Below, in pieces: positions 53,001-62,000 of a stretch of DNA of 64,000 bases (positions within the stretch are counted from its first letter, which is position 1; each line of letters opens with the position of its first letter). A model generated the notes under the pieces. That model was not told where the DNA came from. It ran no database searches and saw nothing but the letters and a program-made list of their open reading frames with translations. The stretch comes from Mobula hypostoma (taxonomy: Eukaryota): NCBI RefSeq assembly GCF_963921235.1, contig NC_086108.1:88414001-88478000 (forward strand), read 5' to 3'. A program made the position numbers and the translations under genes.

Positions 53001-56000
53001 TAGAGTTTTCTGTAATTTTTCAAATAACTTATTGTGTTTCACTTTATTAAATGCTTTTGTGTAGTTGATAAAACAAACAAACAAATCTCTTTGCACTTGA
53101 ATAGCTCTTTCTGATAGTATCCTTAACATCAATATTGCATTTCTTCGACCTCTGTCGTTCACAAAACCACATTGTTCTTTACCTATTTCAGCTTGTATTT
53201 CAGATTTTAGCTCTTGTCATCAAAATTCTTAGAAGTATCTTGGTGATATGACTCATTAAACTTATGGTCCTATGTAATTCACATTCTATTGCTCCAGCTT
53301 TCTTAGGAAGAGTGATAAATACTGATTTTTTTCATCTCTTCTGGTATTATTCCAGTCTCATAAATGTCATTGATTAAATCAGTAAGTTTTCCAATTCCAT
53401 AATCTTCAAGGGTGATAATTTGTTCTATTACTAATTCATCAGGACATGTTGCCTTTCCTTTCTTCATCTTATTTGTTGCATTACGAACTTCAGATTTTAA
53501 AATACTTGGACCTTAAATATTTTTCTTAATTTCTGGTTTTTCACCTCAATCGTCTTCAAACAATTCCTGAATATACTCAGTCCATCTGTTCATAATCTCA
53601 TCTTTTTCCATAATAATGGTACCGTCCTTTGATTTCAAACATCCACCTGAAGAACAGAGGAGCTTTTTACTGGTGATATTCTTGATTTGTTGATGTAACC
53701 TTCTTTGATCAGTAACAGGGATTCTTTCTATTTGCTCACATTCCTGGTTTAACCACTCTTCTTTGGCTTTTTGACATAAGCTTTTAACTTTTTAATCTAA
53801 GGAGATATATTCTATAGGATTTGCTTTCTTCCGTCTCCTTTCTTCTATTAGATTTTTGATTTCATCTGCCATCCATTTATTCTTTGTGCTTTTTCCTTTT
53901 TTTAGGAATCACTGACTTTGCTGATTCTACCAAGGCATCCTTTAGAGTTAAATTTCATTTCTACATGATTGCTATCATCTTCAACAGATTCTGTTTCTAG
54001 ACTTTGAAATCTATTCCTTACTTCAATTGTAAATTTTTGTCTTAAGTTTTCTTCTTTAATTAATTGCAAGTAGTCAGGGATTGGTCAGGTTTTTGCTCCT
54101 TTAGTTTTTTAAGTTTTACTTTTACATGACATATACTGGGTTATGGTCACTATTACAGTCTGCACCTGGATATGTTTTGCATTGAGTCACTGAGTTTCTA
54201 AATCTTTGGTTTATAGCAATAAGGTCAATTTGATTTCTAGTGTTATCACCTGGACTTTTCCAGGTCCACAAGCGTCTTGGATGGTTTTTAAAGTAGGTAT
54301 TCATAATGACCTGATTATTTATCTTGCACCATTCTACCCATTTCTCACCTCTTTCATTTCTTTCCCCTAGTCCAAATTTTCCTATGATATTCCCATCAGC
54401 ACCTTGTCCTACTTTAGCATTTAGATCTCCCATGACAATAACAATATCTTGAGATCTGCATCTATTCTTTGCTTGTTCAGGCTCTTCATAGAATTTATCT
54501 ATATCTTCATTTGTTCCATCTGTTGTTGGTGCATATACCTGTATAACTGCTAAATCAAATGGTTGTCCTCTGAATCTAACAAGGAGCATTCTTTCTGATA
54601 TTGCCCAATGTCCTAAAACACTTTTTCCCATGTTTTCATCCTTAAGAATTCCTACTCCATTAGTATGGGACGTTCCACAAGAATAAACTAGTGTTTTATT
54701 TCTAATCTAACGTGTTCCAGCACCTATCCAACGAACTTTGCTAATTCCCATGATGTTAATCTTTAGTCTTTCCATTTCATTTATCAATCTTCCTGCTTGA
54801 TATAGGGTTCTTACATTCCAAGTGGCAATAATTTTTTTTTGTGTTATTTGAATTTTATGAGCAGTAGTTTGATGACGGTCAGGGATCCCCTGCTGGCCAG
54901 AATCAACCCTATCGAGTGAAGCATCGTCAGAATTGTCTTGAAGATCTTCTTGACGCTATTGTTGTGTGATATATTTTGTGAGTTTGACCATGTTTTTCTT
55001 AGCAAATAGATTTTAATATCTAGCAATGGTGGTTTGCTATTGCCTACCGTTGGGCGAACTGAAGAAATCGCCATTTCTCCTCCCAAATGTTCATCCGCCT
55101 GTACTATAGCCATTGACATTTGAGTTCCTAGCTCATCCGCCTTCTCCGTCATGTTCAGTTACTGAACCTGCCAGATCTGCCGTTGGCCTTCACTCGTATC
55201 CTGAGCAGGAACCCTTGCAGGTGCTACGACTCCAGGTCAGAGCGGCCCTGGGAGCAATGAATGACTAAGGGGTAACTCCACTTTCCCCAAAGCTCTGAAA
55301 GTCCCCAGTCAGAGCCTCATCACCAGTTGCAGTTTAGAATCATACCCAGGACAATTACTCTGTATACCTCAGACTTTAGATACAACACTGACTCATGCCA
55401 TCTTCAGAAAGTCTCTGATGACTCAACAATAATTGGGTGTATAAAGGGAGGACAAGATGATGAATGCAGGGCCCTGGTGGAGGAGTTTGTTGAATGGTGA
55501 AAACTGAATCATCTGCAGCTCAACATCAGTAAGACAAAGGAGATGTTGATGGACTTAGGAAGGCCAAGCCTACACTGCTCCCTCTTACTATTGATGGTGA
55601 GGATGTAGATGTGATGAGGACCTATAAGTACCTGGGGGGGGGGGGGATGCAGCTGAACAACAGACTTGAGTGGAGAACAAAAAACAAAGGCTGTGTATAA
55701 GAAGGGCCAGAGTCACTTCTACTTCTTGAGGAGACTGAGGTCCTTTGGAATATGCAAGCCTCTTCCTTCAGTCTGCTGTTGCCAGTTCAATCTCCTATGC
55801 AGTGGTGTGCTGGGGAAATTGCATGAACATGGGTGATGTCAACAGGCTCAATAAACTGATTAGAAAGGCTGGCTCTGTTATGAGTGTCAAATTGGACAAA
55901 CTGGAGGTTGTGGTATAACAAAGAGCCCTCTGGAAAATCCTGGCAATTCTGGATAATGGATACTCCGCATGCCACGTTGGCTGAACAGAGAAGCACTTCT

Positions 56001-59000
56001 AGTAATAGACGAAGACAACTGTGCTGCTCCAAAGAGCACTATATAGGTCATTCTTACCCTCAGCCATTAGGCTGTATAACAAGTCAAGCTGTAACCAAGG
56101 AAGTGATGACCCCTTCTTGTTAGACTGTTTGAGGTAACTTTTTTTTTATTCTTCTTACTTCTCTTCTAATATCTGTATATCTGTGCACCTGTAATGCTAC
56201 TGTGACACTGCAATTTCCTTCGGGATCAACCATGTTGAGACAATGGAAGATCAACAAGTAGGTGAAGAAGTGGCTTGGAGTACCGAGCAGCCTCACCAAT
56301 GTTGCAATCCACAGTAGCCAGACAAAGCTTACCGTCCCAGTGCAATCCCTTGTTGAGAAGGTCAAGGTGGCCAAGGTAAGATCATTCTTGATGCTTCGAG
56401 ACTCAAAAGACCCTGTCATCAAGAACTCCCAGCTGGATGTGAGATCAGGCAGGAAGTGGTCAGCCCGTGTAGCAGTTGATGAGGCAGAGTCTAGATTGAA
56501 GCACAAGGAGACGGTTGGGGCTATCCAGCTAGGCTGCTAGGGACTTGGATGGACAACCCACAAGTGGTGGTCATCTTCTACAGGTAAGGAGCGCCGTGAG
56601 CTTGTAACACAAGAAATACGAGAGGTAGAAGAGGAGAAGAAGTTAACTAAAACAGCTGGCCTGGCCAAACAAGGGGCTTGGACCCGGTGGGAAAGTATTG
56701 AACAACGACACCTATCTTGGAATGTTCTGTGGCAGATGGAATCGCTCTGCATTTCTTTTCTATGCAGAGCAGCGTACGATCTGCTCCCAACACCTGCCAA
56801 CCTCAGCACCTGGTATGAAGATAAGACAGACAGGTGTGCTGCTTGTGGCGAGAAGGGAACACTTCAACATATCTTGAGTGCATGCAGAGTCAATCTTTCC
56901 AGCGGCATGTACACTTGGAGACATAACAACATTCTCAAAGTTGTAACAGAAGCGGTTGAGCAGAGAGTACTGCAGCACAACTTATCTCATGCCCCATGCT
57001 GCACAGAACATCGCATATCACTTGTGAAAGAAGGCTCCAAGTCAAGGGTCTACAGCACAGGCTCACGATCAAGCATGTTTTCTTCAGCCAATGGTTGGTG
57101 TGTCAATGCTGACCTGGACGGGAAAGGCAATTTTCCAGAGCAAATAGCTTTCACAGCGTTGCGTCCAGATATAATCGTATGGTCTAACACCAGTAGAAGA
57201 GTGGTTATTGGTGAACTCACAGTCCCCTGGGAAGACAACATCGATGAGGCCCATGAGCGCAAGTTAACCAAGTAGGCAGAATTAAGATCAGAGTGCAGAG
57301 ACAGAGGGTGGAAGGTCTCATGCTATCCATTTGAAGTAGGCTGCCGTGGGTTTATTGCATTCACTCTCCAGAATGGCCGCGTGACCTTGGCTTCACTAGA
57401 AGAGAGATCAAGTCAACCAGCAGGGCTGTAGCTGAGGCAGTAGAGAAAGGATCAGCATGGGTATGGACCAAGTATGCCCAGAGGGGCAGATAGTCAGACA
57501 GTGTATACATCTTTTGCAAACCCTTCAGTAGTTTCATAGACACCTGAAGAGCAGACTATCTGTTGGATGGAAGTGACCAACAACTCTGATAGAGGCAGAT
57601 GCCAAGTTTTTAAGCTCACCAGTGGGAGGTGGTGCTTTAGCACTGCTGGCCCATCACCTCGAAGGAGTCTTGCCGATCAACTGATGATCCCACTGGTGAT
57701 AGCACAGGACAGTTAACATCTTAGTCCACGTGTATTCTGTAACTCTATCTATCTATGCTGATAATGCAGTGAAATACCACTGTAAGACAACTGTGCTGCT
57801 CTAAAGAGTGTTATATGAGGTTATTCTTACCCTTGGCCAATTAGGCTCTATAATTAGTCAACCTATAGCTGGGGATGTGATGACCCCTCTCCTGTTAAGA
57901 CTGTTATTAACCTCTGTTTATCACACTTCTGTTTAAGCTCTGTTTAGTTCTGTTTACTACAGCCTGCTATTGCAGACACCCTGTGCAATACTACCATCAC
58001 TTCCTATCTGGATGGTGTGAATGTGCACCTGTTACTGTATAATATTACGGTATTTCTTGCACTACCACCTTATCGGTGTGAACTTGGTAATCTTGTAAAT
58101 CTTGCAATCGTTGACTTGTAAATTTTGTACATCTTATTTTAAAGTAACATTTGTTTTTTCTGTCTTCTCTTCGAATATTTGTATGTCTGTGCACTTGTAA
58201 TGCTACTGTGGCACTGTAATTCCCTTTGGGATCAATAAAGTATCTATCTATCAAATTATGTTCACCCAGGAACACATTTTGTTGTGTTCTGTGTTGTTCT
58301 GCAGAGCATTGTGAGCATGCTATGGTGTTGCTGGAACGTGTACCCCGTGTGTGTTGGTTGCTAATACAAATACAGCATTTCATTGTATGTTTAAATGTAC
58401 ATGTTATAAATAAATCTGAATCTGAAGAGGCACCAAGGTTTAGTTAGAAGAGTGACCTGTGCAAATATTCTCAGGACACAGGCTATATGGCCCCTTCCAG
58501 TTAGATAGTAGTGCACATACACACAGCCGCCTCTGGGGGGCCAACTGAAGGTGCTTTTTTCCATGTTACCTGTGTTTTTATACATAGTAAGACTATTATT
58601 GACTCCAATAACTACCTGTACAGCATGTTCACCACATCAGTGAGCTGGTTATTGTTCAGAGTAGCCAGCCAGCAGTTTGGAGAAGAATTGGGTCATTGGG
58701 CCGGCAAGGTGGAGATAGGCTGTTGGGCTGGGGAGGTCGACATGAGCCATTGGGCCACAGGAGACTGAGTTTGGAAGAGCTGACCTGAATGGAGACTGTG
58801 CTGCTACATGCTAGTCAGAGGCACTGGAGTTGGTGCGAAGGCAGCATGCCAGACATCCCACCTCTCCCGGAAGTTCCGGGAGTCTCCCGCATGTTAATAG
58901 CGGCTCCCTGATGCCCGAAAATTATATACAATATCTCGGAAATCAGTTTTTTTGAGAGCGAGCGCGCGTGAGAGAGAGAGAGAGAGAGAGAGAGAGTAAA

Positions 59001-62000
59001 GTGTACCCCTGCCTAACAGGGGTGAAAAATAATGACAGTGTTGCTCACTGCACTGTTTGCTACAGTGACTTTTCTATTGTCCATGGTGGGTTAAGACTGT
59101 AAGACATGTTGAGGTAAGTTTATCAGGTGTCATTCGTTCATTAGCATAGCTAACGTTATTTAAACTAGCTGGTTAGCTGCTAAGGAGCTACTCTATTGCA
59201 GACATCCTACCTCTCCCAGAAGTTCCGGGAGTCTCCCGCAAATTGATGGTGCTACCTCCCTGAAATGAGTTTTTGCAGGGTGGGATGTCTGGCATGCAGA
59301 ACTGTGAATGAGTGACTGTCTTGGACATTTCTTTTGCGATTGCAAGACCATGTTGGACATTGATTGCTGCAGGCCTGCTTCCCTTGTTTGGTGGTGAGAC
59401 AGGTGGCAAGGCAGCAGTGTCACCTCAGGTTAAACTAGGACCAGGCCTCAGTCCTCCAGCTTGCATTGTAGCATAGCGTCCGAGCTCGGTTGAGGGTGGC
59501 CTATCCTGTTGGTGCTGCCCTCCAGTGGTAGATCAGTGGAATTACAAGCAGGACTGCTGGGAACCATCAATTTTTGGGACTTGTCACTTAGGAATTTGGT
59601 CTAAAATTTGTTTTCTTATGTGACTAGGTTCTTTTTTGCCTTTCTAGTTATTTTGAATATTTTTGCACTTTGTCCTTAGAGGAATACTGTTTCATTCAGC
59701 TGTATCCATGTATGGTTTGAATGACAATTAAACTTGATTTGATTTGAGTTGCAGAAGGACTCTGCTATTCTAATGTTAGTAAGAAACAATGTTAATGAGA
59801 ATTCTCTCTCTTTATGCTTGCAGGTCCACAAGATAAACACCTCTGTTCTCAAACCAGCTCATGTCCCTAAACAGAAATCCCAGGTCATTTTTCCCAAGTT
59901 TGATTAAAGCACTTGGGCTGCATTAATTCTTCTTACTGTTTATGTTTAACCTTATGCCTTCCATGAGAAATATGCTTGGAAGGTTGAGCATTCTTCAGGA
60001 TATACAAATATGGACAGTTATAACTTGCTGGGAATCTGACAAAAATCCAGCCATAATCATTTATATCACATATCTGTAATATATTGACAATTCTAATACT
60101 TTGCACGTTATTGAACCTTTCCTTCTATTTTACGAAGGAGAGCTTTACAAGTTAGAAACATCTATGTTTAACTTAATTGTCACTTTTCTCAAAAAGATGT
60201 TTTTCTCAAAAACATGGCAGCTGAAGCTACTGTTCAGAAGTACTAAAATTACCTGGTAAATTGGGTTTGTATTGATAGTAGTTTTCATGACACCCATGAT
60301 TTTCTGTTTCTTCCATAACCAGTAAATCAGTGTCCAATCTGGTTGTCCAGACTGTGCAATCAAGTATTTAGAGTCCGGCGAGAAGGCAATACTGATGAAC
60401 TCTTGGGCTTGGAGATCATTCACACTAAGTGACTTTCTCTTTCTACTTTGATCATGCTGAATATCATAAATGCTCACACTAGCTTTTTCACCTTTTTCAG
60501 AAATGGCCAGATATCGCCGATTGGGACTTAAGGCAAGAGCCAATATTCCTTGGCTTTTTTCAGAACCTGTATTCAATGCAAAACAGGTTATTGGTTAGTA
60601 CATTGTAGAACTGTGATATGATGTGGCCCCATGTCAGAAGTAAAATTTTATATTTTCTTTAATGTAAGAATGAAAATGTGATCTGTTGGTGTTGAACTAA
60701 GAGCCAAAAAGCACCAAGGTGTGATGGATGGCAAAATGTAGATTGTTGCATGGTAATCCCACAGAGATCTAGTTTAGGTAATGAAAATAAAAATAAATTC
60801 AAGTACTAGGAATCTGAGACAAAAACAAAAAACAAGCTGGAAACACTCAGCAGATCAGGCAACATCTGTGGAAAGAGAAACAGAGTTAAGCATTTAAGCA
60901 AAATCACTTTGTCAGATGCTACCTGACCTGCTAAGTGGTTCCAGCACGTTATGTTTTTATTTCAAGCTCAGGTATACAGAGTAAAGCTTCTTCCAATGTA
61001 AAAGTGAACCATCTCAGATGCTATGGTTGACTTGCTGATTTCAGAAGCATAGCAACAAGGGAAGTCTTAACTTTAGGAACTTTAACTTTGTGCTTAAGGG
61101 AAGTCTTAACTTTAGGAAAAAACAAAAAGGAAGACATTTTCATTAAATAACATCGTTTCACCTCATCCCAGGTCTTAAATACACAAGGGTTGCAAGTGGG
61201 AGATCAGGGGAACAAGATAGTGGACAGCAGATAAAAAAATAAACTTATAAATCTCTGTGTAAAATGTGGTACTTCATCACTATTTCTGCCAATGCTAGTA
61301 AATGAGTGCTGAATACCAATGTAAAGAAACTCTGATCAAGGAGAATCCATGCAAATACAAGGAAACTCTTATCTACTCTGAAATAACAATGTATATTAAT
61401 GTCAATCTCAAGATCAATTAACCAGGATTTAATTTAAATCTAAATAAAAATACAGATGCTGGAAAACTAAAACAAAAATGGAAAATGCAGGAAAACCTCA
61501 ACAGGTCAGACAGCATCGGTGGGAAAGCAACTGACCGCAGTTTGGGTCTGTAATGTAACTCTTTGTTAGAACTCACACCAGTTCTACGCAAGGAGTTCAC
61601 ACCTGAAACCATGTTGTTATGGATGCAATGATTATTTTAAACTGCCTTTGTAGTAGAACTGACTAATACAGCTACAACCTTTAACCTTTAATAATTGCTC
61701 CTTTTGCAAGTTCAAACTGTTGTATGTTATTTATGTCACACGTTATTAATAATATACACGGTACCTGGTTACCTTTTCAGAATGGCAGGCGGTGACTAGT
61801 GGGGTACCGCAAGGCTCAGTGCTGGGACCCCAGTTGTTTACAATATATATTAATGACTTGGATGAGGGAATTAAATGCAGCATCTCCAAGTTTGCGGATG
61901 ACACGAAGCTGGGTGGCAGTGTTAGCAGTGAGGAGGATGCTAAGAGGATGCAGGGTGACTTGGATAGGTTGGGTGAGTGGGCAAACTCATGGCAGATGCA

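Noticed and set aside
61057..61118. Repeat-spacer-repeat resembling a CRISPR unit
   Set aside because: Only two repeats, a 16-bp spacer, eukaryotic intron context and no cas genes.
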